In this document: piece by piece, positions 1-9,640 of the stretch
How positions within the stretch are numbered: position 1 is the stretch's first letter
Layout: every line of letters begins with the position of its first letter
NCBI GenBank assembly: GCA_016235455.1
Contig: JACRKZ010000057.1
Coordinates: 24,269 to 88,268, forward strand
From: Armatimonadota bacterium
Lineage (GTDB): Bacteria; Armatimonadota; UBA10988
Length of the DNA stretch: 64,000 nucleotides
Reading direction: 5' to 3'
Made by a program: the position numbers and the translations under genes
Notes under the pieces: model-generated
The model's database searches: none
Seen by the model: the letters and a program-made list of their open reading frames with translations, nothing else
What the model was told of the DNA's origin: nothing

Positions 1-1
1 C

Positions 2-1360
2 GCGGAATCCGACGAGGCCGAAGAGGCGGGCGATGGCCGCCGGCGTTCGCGCCGCTCGCGGCCGCGACCCAAGAACGCCGATGTGCTGGGTCAGCCCGAC
101 GTCGAGTCCGACGGCGAGCCGGGCGACGATGAAGGGCGCGGCGAGCGCACTCAGCCGGCGGACGCCGCGGGTCTGGGTCTGGTGGTGCGTGTGGCGCCGC
201 CGGTTGATTTGGTCAACGAGACGCCCATCGAGGCCACGGCTCGGTTGCCGCGCCTGCAGAACTGCCTGGCTTCGGGCCTTGGCAGCGACGGCACGCAGTG
301 GATCTGGGTCTACCGCGCGGGCTCCGGCGGCACGCTGGAGCGCTTGACGCTGTGCGTCAACGACGCCGGCTGGCAGGCCGCGGTGCTCGACCAGGGTTTG
401 CCTGGTGACGCCGATCGTGCCGACCTGGCCGCCGCCGCCGAGGCCGGCGAGCAGCGCGTCGAGGTGACCATGGCCTACGGCCGGCGCCGCGTGCAGCAGG
501 CCGCTTCGATCAACGCCGAGCGCGGGCTGGCGCTGCCGACGTGCGCGTCCGCCGCCATGGCCTGGCTGGGCACCGGCCGTCGCGTCGAGGTCGAGGAAGA
601 GGTGGACGGCGAGACGCTGATCACCGTCGAATCGGCTCAGGTGCTGGCACTGCTGGAGCATCCGCTGATGGCCGGCTGGAGTGTGCGCGTCACACCGGAC
701 GGCGAGGCTACCGCGCAGTGGCTGGCTACGCGCCGACGGCGCAGCGCCTCGCGCCAGCGCAAGTTGCTCATCGATGATGTGGTGAACGCCTGGCTCGACG
801 AGGTGGGTTCGGCCACACTGGCCGAGCGTCTGCGGCTCCAGGCCTGGCTGCTGCGTCGTGCCAACCAGGACGAGCTGGCCGATGTGGCCACCGCCCTGGC
901 TGTCCAGCTCCTGGGCGACCGCGCCACGGACAACATGCTGCTGCGTGAGATCGTCTACCGCGCGCTAGGTGTGGCCCTGGACGAAGTGCGCGATTTGCGC
1001 CACGCTGAACGAGCCGAACGTCGTGATCGACCGGCGCCGGAGCGGACCGCCGCGGCGCCCGCAGTCACGGATGTCATCGACGTCGAAGCCGAGGACGACG
1101 AGGGCGATGAGCCCGACGAGTCGCCGGCCCGCGGCGAGCGGGAGTCGCGCGATGGCCGACGGCGAGATCGCCGCCGCCGTGGCGGACGCAACCGCCGTCG
1201 CGGCCCCGGTCGCGCCGTTGCTGGCAAGCGGTTGGTGGCCACGCGCTGCCGACGGCGGCGCCTGGCGGCCCAGCGTGTGCGTCAGACCACGGCTCGGCGA
1301 CTGACCGTGTCGCGAGCGCTGCTGGCGCGCAAGAACCGGGCGCATCGCCGCCGCCGGTAG
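2..1360 (+). CDS. Hypothetical protein, 5'-truncated by the window edge, with acidic and Arg-rich low-complexity tracts
   Basis: Frame is open from position 2 (AESDEAEEAGDGRRR...) to TAG at 1358-1360, with high-GC3 codon usage. No family motif recognised. Confidence 0.7.
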   Translation, partial: AESDEAEEAGDGRRRSRRSRPRPKNADVLGQPDVESDGEPGDDEGRGERTQPADAAGLGLVVRVAPPVDLVNETPIEATARLPRLQNCLASGLGSDGTQWIWVYRAGSGGTLERLTLCVNDAGWQAAVLDQGLPGDADRADLAAAAEAGEQRVEVTMAYGRRRVQQAASINAERGLALPTCASAAMAWLGTGRRVEVEEEVDGETLITVESAQVLALLEHPLMAGWSVRVTPDGEATAQWLATRRRRSASRQRKLLIDDVVNAWLDEVGSATLAERLRLQAWLLRRANQDELADVATALAVQLLGDRATDNMLLREIVYRALGVALDEVRDLRHAERAERRDRPAPERTAAAPAVTDVIDVEAEDDEGDEPDESPARGERESRDGRRRDRRRRGGRNRRRGPGRAVAGKRLVATRCRRRRLAAQRVRQTTARRLTVSRALLARKNRAHRRRR

Positions 1361-1540
1361 CGCGCTCTCAGGATCGGTGCCGCCGGGCCAGATCGCCGCG
1401 CTCCCGCGTGGCGTCGGCCAGAGGCGAAGCCGGCGGCCGACCGATAGCGACGCTGTTGGTGAGGTCGTGTCTCCGACCCGATGCCACGCTGGAGCGTGGC
1501 GGTCCGGCGCCAGCACCTGGTGGCCTGCCGCGGAGCCGAG

Positions 1541-2800
1541 ATGGAAGGTTACCCGTCGCGTGATGGGCTGGAGGGCATCGCCGCGGAGAAGCCGCGCGCC
1601 TTCCACATCATGACCAAGCCCATCGGGCCGTTGTGCAACCTCGACTGCACCTACTGCTTCTACCTCCGCAAGGAGTCACTCTACCCCGAGGCGCAGGGCG
1701 CCACTTGGCGCATGAGCGACGCCGTCCTCGAGACCTACATCAGGTCGTACATCGAGGCGCAAGACGTGCCCGAAGTGCACTTCGCCTGGCAGGGCGGCGA
1801 GCCGACGCTGCTGGGCGTGCCCTTCTTTGAGCGGGTGGTAGCGCTGCAGCGGCAGTATCGCCGGCCGGGCATGGTCATCCACAACGCCTTCCAGACCAAC
1901 GGCACGCTGCTCGACGACGCCTGGGGCGAGTTCCTTCACCGCCATCATTTCCTGGTGGGGTTGAGCCTGGATGGGCCGCGCGAGATCCACGACCACTTTC
2001 GCGTGGACAAGGGCGGCAAGCCGAGCTTCGACGCGGTCTACCGTGGGTTGGAGTGTCTGCGCCGCCATAGGGTCGAGCACAACATCCTCTGCGTGATCAA
2101 CCAGTACAACCAGAGCCGCGGGCTCGATGTCTACCGGTTCCTGCGCGGCGAGGGCGAGCGCTTCCTCCAGTTCATCCCAGCGCTGGAGCGGCTCGACGAC
2201 GGCACTCCGGCGCCGTGGAGCTGCGATGGGCCGGGGTACGGCGAGTTCCTGTGCGCGATCTTCGACGAGTGGGTCCGGCTTGATGTCGGCACGGTGTTTG
2301 TGCAGGCGTTCGACGTGGCACTGCGCGCCTGGTGCGGGCTCGACCCGGGCTTGTGCGTGTTCAGCGAGACCTGCGGCGCGGCCATGGCGCTGGAGCACAA
2401 CGGCGACCTGTACAGCTGCGACCACTTCGTCACGCCGCACAACAAGCTGGGCAACATCGTCGACACGCCGCTGAGCGAATTGGTGGCCCAACCGTTCCAG
2501 CGCCGGTTCGGCACCGACAAGCGCGATGCCCTGCCGGCCTACTGCCGCGAATGCAGCGTGCGGTTCGCCTGCAATGGCGGCTGCCCCAAGGAGCGTTGGG
2601 ACCGCACGCCTGCTGGCGAGCCCGGGCTGAGCTGCCTGTGCGCGGGCTACAAGCGGTTCTTTGGGCACATCGACGCGCCCATGCGGTTCATGGCCGGCGA
2701 GATCCAGGCGCAGCGACCACCGGCGGGCGTGATGCGCTGGGTGGCGCAGCGCGATGAGCGGGCCGCGCGGCGCCAGGCCGGTGCTGGTGGTGCCACATAG
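1541..2800 (+). CDS. Anaerobic sulfatase maturase (radical SAM/SPASM, AslB/AnSME family)
   Basis: KPIGPLCNLDCTYCFY (CxxxCxxC), WQGGEPTL, QTNGTLL, SPASM Cys motifs (CDHFV, CRECSVRFACNGGCPK). GGAG lies upstream of ATG 1541. Confidence 0.93.
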   Translation: MEGYPSRDGLEGIAAEKPRAFHIMTKPIGPLCNLDCTYCFYLRKESLYPEAQGATWRMSDAVLETYIRSYIEAQDVPEVHFAWQGGEPTLLGVPFFERVVALQRQYRRPGMVIHNAFQTNGTLLDDAWGEFLHRHHFLVGLSLDGPREIHDHFRVDKGGKPSFDAVYRGLECLRRHRVEHNILCVINQYNQSRGLDVYRFLRGEGERFLQFIPALERLDDGTPAPWSCDGPGYGEFLCAIFDEWVRLDVGTVFVQAFDVALRAWCGLDPGLCVFSETCGAAMALEHNGDLYSCDHFVTPHNKLGNIVDTPLSELVAQPFQRRFGTDKRDALPAYCRECSVRFACNGGCPKERWDRTPAGEPGLSCLCAGYKRFFGHIDAPMRFMAGEIQAQRPPAGVMRWVAQRDERAARRQAGAGGAT

Positions 2801-2832
2801 CACCGCTAGCTCTGGCACCTGACCGCGCGGCT

Positions 2833-2841
2833 TGGTATACT
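2833..2841 (+). promoter_or_regulatory. Putative extended -10 promoter (TGnTATACT)
   Basis: TGGTATACT about 27 nt upstream of the FGGY kinase ATG. Confidence 0.45.
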
Positions 2842-2867
2842 CGCTGCGTCGTGGGGAGCAGGTAGTC

Positions 2868-4403
2868 ATGGCCGGCAAGTATGTGATTGGCGTCGACGTT
2901 GGCACGCAGAGTCTGCGCGCCATGGTCTTCGACCTGAGCGGCAACCCGCTGGGCAGCGCCGCGCAGCCCTATACCACCTACCACGATCGTGTCTCCTGGG
3001 CCGAACAGGAGCCCGCCGACTGGTGGAACGCCGCCGTGGCTTGCGTGCACGGCGCCATGGCGCAGGCGGGGGTGCCGGCCGATGAGGTGGCCGGGCTCAG
3101 CGTCGATTCCACGAGCTGCACCGTTGTGCCGGTCAAGGCGGACGGTACGGTCCTGCGCAGGGCGCTGCTGTGGATGGATGTGCGCAGCGTGGCCCAGGCC
3201 GAACGTGTCACCGCCACTGGCCACGACCAGCTCAAGTACGTCAGCGGTGTCGAGTCCGCCGAATGGATGCTGCCCAAGGCCATGTGGCTCAAGGAGCACC
3301 AGCCCGAGATCTGGGCCGAGGCGGATCTAGTCATCGAGTGTCAGGACTGGCTGCTGCACCGACTCACGGGACGCTGGGTGGCCGCGCTCAACCAGGTCAC
3401 CTGCAAGTGGAACTACGCGGCGCCGTCGGGCGGCTGGCCGACCGATCTCCTGGCCGTGCTCGGTCTGGAGGATCTGGCCGCCAAGTGGCCCCAGGAGGTG
3501 CTGCCCATCGGTGCGCCGGTGGGCACCTTGACGCCGGCCGCGGCGGCGGCCCTCGGCCTGACCACCGACACGGTGGTGGCCCAGGGCGGCATCGACGCCT
3601 ACACGGGCATGTTAGGCCTGGGCGTGGTGGAGCCTGGGCAGATGGCGCTGGTCATGGGCACCTCCACCTGCCATCTGGCGCTGTGTGAGCGCGGGCTGTT
3701 CGACAGCCATGTGTGGGGCCCGTACCCCGACGCTCTGATGCCGGGCACCTGGGTGCTCGAAGGCGGGCAGACCACCACGGGCGCCATCGTCACCTGGTTC
3801 CGCGACCAGTTTGGGGCGCAGGCCGAGGCCGACGCCGAACGCCGCGGGGTCAGTGTGTGGGAAGTGCTCGACGAGCAGGCCGCCGCGGTGCCGGCGGGCA
3901 GCGAGGGGCTGGTCCTGCTGGATTGGTTCCAAGGCAACCGCACGCCGCTGCGTGACCCGCGTGCGCGGGGTGGGCTGGTCGGCCTGAGCCTCAAGCACAA
4001 CGCGGCGCACATCTTCCGGTCCATCTATGAGGGCACGGCGTACGGCACGCGGCACATCCTAGACGATCTGACCGCGGCGGGCTTCCAGGCCAGCGGCATC
4101 TTCGCCTGCGGTGGCGGCACCAAGTCGGCGCTGTGGCTGCAGATCCATGCCGATGTGTGTGGCGTGCCGCTGTACCTGACCAAGGTGGCCGATGCGACCT
4201 GCCTGGGCACGGCCGTGGCCGCCGCGGCCGGTGCCGGCTGCTACGACGGGGTGGTGGCCGCGGCGCGCGCCATGGTGCAGGTAGAGCGCGAGATCCAGCC
4301 CGACCCGGCCATGGCCGAGGCCTACGAACCTTACTACCGCAACTACGTCGGGCTGTATCCGGCGCTGGTGGAGACCATGCACGATTTGGCGGACCGCGGG
4401 TGA
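2868..4403 (+). CDS. FGGY-family carbohydrate kinase (ribulokinase/xylulokinase-like)
   Basis: IGVDVGTQS, EQEPADWW, ALLWMDVRS, GTSTC, FQGNRTP, GGGTKS motifs. Confidence 0.92.
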   Translation: MAGKYVIGVDVGTQSLRAMVFDLSGNPLGSAAQPYTTYHDRVSWAEQEPADWWNAAVACVHGAMAQAGVPADEVAGLSVDSTSCTVVPVKADGTVLRRALLWMDVRSVAQAERVTATGHDQLKYVSGVESAEWMLPKAMWLKEHQPEIWAEADLVIECQDWLLHRLTGRWVAALNQVTCKWNYAAPSGGWPTDLLAVLGLEDLAAKWPQEVLPIGAPVGTLTPAAAAALGLTTDTVVAQGGIDAYTGMLGLGVVEPGQMALVMGTSTCHLALCERGLFDSHVWGPYPDALMPGTWVLEGGQTTTGAIVTWFRDQFGAQAEADAERRGVSVWEVLDEQAAAVPAGSEGLVLLDWFQGNRTPLRDPRARGGLVGLSLKHNAAHIFRSIYEGTAYGTRHILDDLTAAGFQASGIFACGGGTKSALWLQIHADVCGVPLYLTKVADATCLGTAVAAAAGAGCYDGVVAAARAMVQVEREIQPDPAMAEAYEPYYRNYVGLYPALVETMHDLADRG

Positions 4404-4921
4404 TGATGACACGGCGCAAGCGACAGCGTGGCGGCTGTTTGGGTCGCATGGTGGGCGTGGCCGCGGCGGCCGCTCTGGTGGCTGTGCCGGTGGGTCTGGC
4501 GCTGCCTGATGACCTCGTGGGCCGGGTGCTGGCGACCGTCTATCCGGGCGGTGGCTGGGATCTCGGCGACCCGCAGTTGGTCGAGAGTTGGCGCTGGATC
4601 ATCGGCGGTGCGGCCGGCCTGCTGGCGGCGCTGGCGCTGGTGGTGCTGAGCGCCGTGGCGCGGCGGCGGAGCAGACGAGCGGTGCGGCGCGACACGGTCG
4701 AGGCGCAACTGGCCAAGGCGGTTCGCGGGGGCGACCTGGAGACGGTCCGCGCCTGCGCCGAGCAGTTGAGCGTGACGGCCGGTGCCGAAGCAGTGCCGGT
4801 GCTCATGGCGGCGCTAGAGGCGCCGCTGGACGATGAGACACGACGCGCGTTGGCGGCGGCCCTCTACCGGTTGGGCCGAGCCGTCACGGCGGAGATCTCG
4901 CCGCGACCGAGACGGGTCTGA
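4403..4921 (+). CDS. Hypothetical membrane protein with a C-terminal HEAT-like helical repeat
   Basis: TGATG coupling to the upstream gene; two hydrophobic segments; AVPVLMAAL...RRALAAALYRLG. Confidence 0.6.
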   Translation: MMTRRKRQRGGCLGRMVGVAAAAALVAVPVGLALPDDLVGRVLATVYPGGGWDLGDPQLVESWRWIIGGAAGLLAALALVVLSAVARRRSRRAVRRDTVEAQLAKAVRGGDLETVRACAEQLSVTAGAEAVPVLMAALEAPLDDETRRALAAALYRLGRAVTAEISPRPRRV

Positions 4922-4981
4922 GGCGAGCGGCCGCGGCGCGTAAGCCGTGGCCAGGCCGAGTACAGCGAGGGTGAGGCAGTC

Positions 4982-5350
4982 ATGGCCAAGACGATACTGG
5001 TCGCCGATGATGAAGTCCATATCGTGCGCATACTCAAGGACACGCTGGAGAAGCGCGGCTATCGGGTAGTCACCGCCGCCGACGGTCGAGAGGCTGTCGA
5101 CCTGGCCGTCGCCGAGCAGCCGGATCTGATCTTCCTCGACGTCATGATGCCGCACCTGAGCGGGTTCGAGGTCTGCCAGACGCTGCGCGGCGAGCACGGC
5201 TTGACCACGCCCATCTTCCTGCTCACCGCACGCGGTCAGGAGCGCGACCTGACCATGGGCCAAGAGGCCGGTGCCGACCGCTACCTGACCAAGCCGTTCA
5301 GCCCGCGCAGCCTGGCTGACCTGGTCGATGAGACCCTTGGCGGCGCCTGA
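4982..5350 (+). CDS. Single-domain response regulator (receiver)
   Basis: ILVADDE, PDLIFLDVMMP, LTA, YLTKPF. Confidence 0.95.
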   Translation: MAKTILVADDEVHIVRILKDTLEKRGYRVVTAADGREAVDLAVAEQPDLIFLDVMMPHLSGFEVCQTLRGEHGLTTPIFLLTARGQERDLTMGQEAGADRYLTKPFSPRSLADLVDETLGGA

Positions 5351-6587
5351 GCCGCGCACCGTACCCCTGGACCGACTGGGTGCGCTCGCTTGCGAGCGCC
5401 TGCGCACCGTAGCCCGCGCGGCCGGCGGGCGGGCGTGGTTGGTTGGCGGTGCGGTGCGTGATCTGCTTCTGAAGCGGCCCGTGGGCGATCTCGACGTCGT
5501 CGTCGAATCGCCGGCCGACGCTGTCGCCGCGCGCTTGCCGGTCGAGGTGGTGGCGCGCAGCCAGTTCGGTACGGTGGTCATCCGTTGGCCCGACGGCGAC
5601 GAATGGGATCTGGTCACCGCGCGCTCGGAGGCCTACGCCCATCCGGCGGCCCTGCCCACCGTCGCGCCGGGCGATCTCTCGCAGGATCTGGCGCGCCGCG
5701 ACTTCACGGTGAACGCCATGGCCGCGGCCTTGGCCGACGACAACTGGGGCGGGCTGACCGACCGTCACGACGGCCTGCGCGACTTGGCCGCGGGACGGCT
5801 GCGCGTGCTCCACGAGCAGAGCTTTGTCGACGACCCCACGCGCATGTTCCGCCTCCATCGCTATGCGGCGCGGCTGGGCTTCTCGCCCGACAAGAGCCAG
5901 CGCGCCTGGTTCTTCCGCGCCCAGCGCGTGGGCGCGCTGGCGCGCTTGAGTGGCGAGCGCGTGCGGGCCGAACTGGAGCGCTCACTGAGTGGCGACGACT
6001 GGTTCGTCCAGTTGCGCGCGTTGCTCAACAGCGGCCTGCTGGCCATGGTTATGCCGCGCGTGGTCAGCCCCGATAGCCGGTGCGCGCCGCTGGAGGAGGC
6101 TGTGGCAGCCTGGCAGGGCGCGGGCTGGCCTCTGCCGCCGCTGCTGTGGCTGGTGCGACTCGAGCTGGCGCTGCCTGTGCGGCGCGATCAGCGCGACAGC
6201 ATGGCCGCGCGCCTGGCCGAGCGGCTCAGCCTGACCGAGGCACAACGCAGCCTGCTGGCCACGCCGCTGCTGCCACCGCTCGATCCAGATGGGCCGCCGT
6301 CGCGCCTGGCGGCCCATCTCGATGGCGTAACCGACGCGCAACTGCTCCTGCTCATGTGCCACTCACCGAGGCTGGCCGAACCTGTGGTAACCTATCGACG
6401 GTACCACCAGGCGCTGCGCCCAACGCTGCGCGGCGACGACCTGCGCGCCATGGGGCTCGAACCGGGCCCGGCCATGGGCCGCGTGCTGGCCGAGCTGCGC
6501 GCCGCGCGCATCGACGGTCACGTCGCCGACGACGACGCCGAGCGCGAACTGGCGCTGGCGCTGGTGGCGAGGGAACGCGATGCCTGA
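5328..6587 (+). CDS. Class II tRNA nucleotidyltransferase (CCA/A-adding type)
   Basis: VGGAVRDLLL, DLDVV, ARSEAYAHPAALP, DLARRDFTVNAMA, DDPTR, LRGDDL...PGPAMG. Confidence 0.9.
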   Translation: MRPLAAPEPRTVPLDRLGALACERLRTVARAAGGRAWLVGGAVRDLLLKRPVGDLDVVVESPADAVAARLPVEVVARSQFGTVVIRWPDGDEWDLVTARSEAYAHPAALPTVAPGDLSQDLARRDFTVNAMAAALADDNWGGLTDRHDGLRDLAAGRLRVLHEQSFVDDPTRMFRLHRYAARLGFSPDKSQRAWFFRAQRVGALARLSGERVRAELERSLSGDDWFVQLRALLNSGLLAMVMPRVVSPDSRCAPLEEAVAAWQGAGWPLPPLLWLVRLELALPVRRDQRDSMAARLAERLSLTEAQRSLLATPLLPPLDPDGPPSRLAAHLDGVTDAQLLLLMCHSPRLAEPVVTYRRYHQALRPTLRGDDLRAMGLEPGPAMGRVLAELRAARIDGHVADDDAERELALALVARERDA

Positions 6588-7281
6588 GGACCCGACACGG
6601 CTGGTGGTGAAGCTGATCATCACGCTGCCGATCTTCATGTTCAGTCTGACGGTGCATGAGTTCGCCCACGGCTGGATGGCGCGTCGCTTCGGCGACCACA
6701 CCGCCGAGGACGCCGGCCGGCTGACGCTCGACCCGCGCGCGCACATCGACCCGTTCGGCCTGCTGCTGTTCATCTTCGCCTCGCTCACGGGGTTCGGCTT
6801 CGGCTGGGCCAAGCCCGTGCCGGTCAATCTGGGCAACTGCCGCAACCCGCTGCGGGCCATGTTCTGGGTGGCGGCAGCAGGGCCGCTGAGCAACTTGCTC
6901 CAGGCCGCGCTGGCGGTGCTCGTGTTGCTCGTGCTCAAGCTCGCCGGCGTGGGCATGTTGTCCGTGGCCATGCTGGGCAATGCCGGGCTGCTGGTGCTGG
7001 GCGAGCCGCTGGGCGTCGGTCTGACCATCGGCGCGCTGGCCAGCTACTACCTGATCATCAACCTGGCGCTGATGCTGTTCAACCTGATCCCGCTGCCGCC
7101 GCTGGATGGCGGGCGCATCGCCGTCAGTCTGTTGCCGTATCGCTTCGCCAAGCCGCTGGCGCAGTTGGAGCAGTACGGGTTCATCATCCTGATCGTCCTG
7201 CTCCAGGTGGGCGTGACCAAGGTGCTCGTCGGCGCCCCGCTGGTCTACGTCATCACCCACCTGGCGAAGGCGCTGGGCTGA
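6580..7281 (+). CDS. Site-2 protease, peptidase M50
   Basis: HEFAH zinc motif, GWAKPVP, AAAGPLSN, FNLIPLPPLDGG. Confidence 0.95.
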   Translation: MPEDPTRLVVKLIITLPIFMFSLTVHEFAHGWMARRFGDHTAEDAGRLTLDPRAHIDPFGLLLFIFASLTGFGFGWAKPVPVNLGNCRNPLRAMFWVAAAGPLSNLLQAALAVLVLLVLKLAGVGMLSVAMLGNAGLLVLGEPLGVGLTIGALASYYLIINLALMLFNLIPLPPLDGGRIAVSLLPYRFAKPLAQLEQYGFIILIVLLQVGVTKVLVGAPLVYVITHLAKALG

Positions 7282-7348
7282 GTGTCGCCCTGGCCGGCCC
7301 CAGCTCAGCGGGCATCGATCGTTGCGTGGCCAGACGAGGAGTGAGTTC

Positions 7349-8329
7349 ATGCCCAAGCGGGTGCTATCGGGAGTCAAGCCGTCGGCCGAGATGATGCATC
7401 TCGGCAACTGGTTCGGCGCCGTGCGTCAGTTCGTGGAGTTGCAGGCGACGGAGGACAACTACATCTTCATCGCCGACTACCACGCCATGACGACCGTCCA
7501 CGATGCCAAGCAGTTGCGCGCCAACAGCCTGGAGATCGCCACGCAGTACATGGCCTGCGGGCTCGACCCCGCGCACACCGTACTGTGGCGCCAGAGCGAT
7601 GTGCCCGAGGTCTGTGAGCTGACCTGGCTGCTCTCGTGCGTCACCGGCATGGGCCTGCTGGAGCGGGCTCATGGCTACAAGTCGGCCAGGCAGGAGGGCC
7701 GCGATGTGTCGATGGGCCTGTTCTGCTACCCCGTGCTCATGGCCGCCGACATCCTGGCCTACGAGGCCGACATTGTGCCGGTGGGCGAAGACCAGGTGCA
7801 GCATGTCGAGATGACCCGCGACATGGCTGAGCGCTTCAACAACACCTATGGCGATACGCTGAAGCTGCCTGCCTATCGGCTGGCCAAGGGCGCGCTGCGG
7901 GTGCCGGGCGTCGATGGGCAGAAAATGTCCAAGAGCTACGGCAACACCATCGGCCTGTTTGAGCCCGAAGGCGCCATGAAGAAGAAGATCATGGGCATCG
8001 TCACCGATTCGACGCCCATGGGCACGCCGCTGGACCCGGACAAGTGCACGGTGTTCGCGCTGCACACGCTGTTCCCCGGCGACGACCTGGAGGAGTTGCG
8101 CGCGGCCTATCTGTCTGGCACCATCGGCTATGGCGGCGCCAAGAAGGCGCTGCTGACCAAGGTGCTCGACGCGCTGGCGCCGATTCGCGCGCGCTATGAC
8201 GAGCTCAAGCGCGACCCGAGCTACGTGGCCGACGTGCTGCGCGAGGGCGCGGTCAAGGCCCGCCTCGTGGCGCGCCGCACCATGGACGCCTGCCGATTGG
8301 CCGCCGGCTTCGCTGACCCAGTCGGATGA
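7349..8329 (+). CDS. trpS: Tryptophanyl-tRNA synthetase
   Basis: HLGN, YPVLMAADIL, VPVGEDQ, KMSKS; AGGAG SD. Confidence 0.97.
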   Translation: MPKRVLSGVKPSAEMMHLGNWFGAVRQFVELQATEDNYIFIADYHAMTTVHDAKQLRANSLEIATQYMACGLDPAHTVLWRQSDVPEVCELTWLLSCVTGMGLLERAHGYKSARQEGRDVSMGLFCYPVLMAADILAYEADIVPVGEDQVQHVEMTRDMAERFNNTYGDTLKLPAYRLAKGALRVPGVDGQKMSKSYGNTIGLFEPEGAMKKKIMGIVTDSTPMGTPLDPDKCTVFALHTLFPGDDLEELRAAYLSGTIGYGGAKKALLTKVLDALAPIRARYDELKRDPSYVADVLREGAVKARLVARRTMDACRLAAGFADPVG

Positions 8330-9099
8330 GCGCCGTACCAGCACCGGTCCCAGCCGTCGCCGACGACGACCGCCGCTACCGCGGCTATGTGGTTGACCTG
8401 GAGGCGTTCTCCGGGCCGCTGGACCTGCTGCTGTCGCTGATCCGGCGCGAGCAGGTGGATGTCTTCGACATCCCCATCGCCCAGATCACCGACCAGTACC
8501 TGGCGGCGCTGGTGGGTATGCACGACAACCGGGTCACGGTGACCGGCGAATTCATGGTCATGGCGGCCACCTTGATGCAGATCAAGGCGCGCATGTTGTT
8601 GCCCCGGCCGCCGGTGGCCGAGGGCGAGGAGCCGCCCGAAGACCCGCGTGCCGAGCTGGTGCGCATGCTGCTCGACTACGAGGCGTTCCGCGAGGCGGCG
8701 CGCTTGCTGGACGACCTGGCGCAGCAGCGCAGCCGCATGGTGCAGGTGCCGGGCGAGGAGGTCGATACCGGCCCGCGCGACCTCAAACCGGTCAACGTGA
8801 CGGCGCTGTTCGAAGCGTTCGAGCGCGTGCTGAAGCGTTCGGTGCCGCCGGAGGTGCCGCGCGTGCGTGAGCAGGAGTTCACCGTCGCACAGCAGGCGGT
8901 GCGGCTGCTGACGCTCACGGCGCTGGGCGCGGTGAGTTTCGAGCAAGTATTCACCGGTCGGCCGAGCCGTCTGGAGGTGGTCGTCACCTTCATGGCCGTG
9001 CTCGACCTGGTGCGTGGCGGGCGGCTGGTGGCCGAGCAGAGCCGCGTGTTTGGCGAGATTGTGTTGCGCCGACCCCAAGGAGCCGAGCAGCGTGGTTGA
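8326..9099 (+). CDS. scpA: Segregation and condensation protein A
   Basis: FSGPLDLLLSLI, FMVMAATLMQIKARMLLP, VVTFMAVLDL. Confidence 0.95.
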   Translation: MSAVPAPVPAVADDDRRYRGYVVDLEAFSGPLDLLLSLIRREQVDVFDIPIAQITDQYLAALVGMHDNRVTVTGEFMVMAATLMQIKARMLLPRPPVAEGEEPPEDPRAELVRMLLDYEAFREAARLLDDLAQQRSRMVQVPGEEVDTGPRDLKPVNVTALFEAFERVLKRSVPPEVPRVREQEFTVAQQAVRLLTLTALGAVSFEQVFTGRPSRLEVVVTFMAVLDLVRGGRLVAEQSRVFGEIVLRRPQGAEQRG

Positions 9100-9640
9100 G
9101 GGCGAGACCCAGGCAACAGAGCCGATGGAGGTCGACGAGACGCTGGTCCCGTTGGCCGAAGCGCTGCTGTTCGCCGCGGGACGCGTCGTCACCACCGCTG
9201 AACTGGCGACCGCGGCACAGGTGGAGCCGGCCGCCATGGAGACCGCGCTCACGGGCCTGGAGGCCGGCCTGGTGGGTCGCGGCGTGGCGCTGTTGCGGCT
9301 GGCCGGCGGCTGGCGCCTGGCCACGCGGCCCGAGTTCGTCGAGCCGGTGCGTGAGCTGCTCAAGCCGCCGGCCATGCGGCTCTCGCCGGCCCGGCTGGAG
9401 ACCCTGGCCATCGTGGCCTACCGGCAGCCGGTGAGCCGCGCCGAGGTCGAGGCCGTGCGCGGCGTTGACTGCTCGGCCACGCTGCGGGCGCTGCTTGAAC
9501 TGGATCTGGTGGAACTGCGTGGCCGCCGGCAGGACAAGCCCGGCCGGCCGTTGACCTACGGCACCTCGGTGCGGTTCCTGGAAGAGTTTGGTCTGGCCGG
9601 CATCGAAGACCTGCCGCGCCTCGAGGAGTTGGAGTCGTGA
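9092..9640 (+). CDS. scpB: Segregation and condensation protein B (start may instead be ATG 9125)
   Basis: EALLFAA, LETLAIVAYRQPVSRAEVEAVRGV, PGRPLTYGT...FLEEFGL. Confidence 0.95.
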   Translation: MVEGETQATEPMEVDETLVPLAEALLFAAGRVVTTAELATAAQVEPAAMETALTGLEAGLVGRGVALLRLAGGWRLATRPEFVEPVRELLKPPAMRLSPARLETLAIVAYRQPVSRAEVEAVRGVDCSATLRALLELDLVELRGRRQDKPGRPLTYGTSVRFLEEFGLAGIEDLPRLEELES

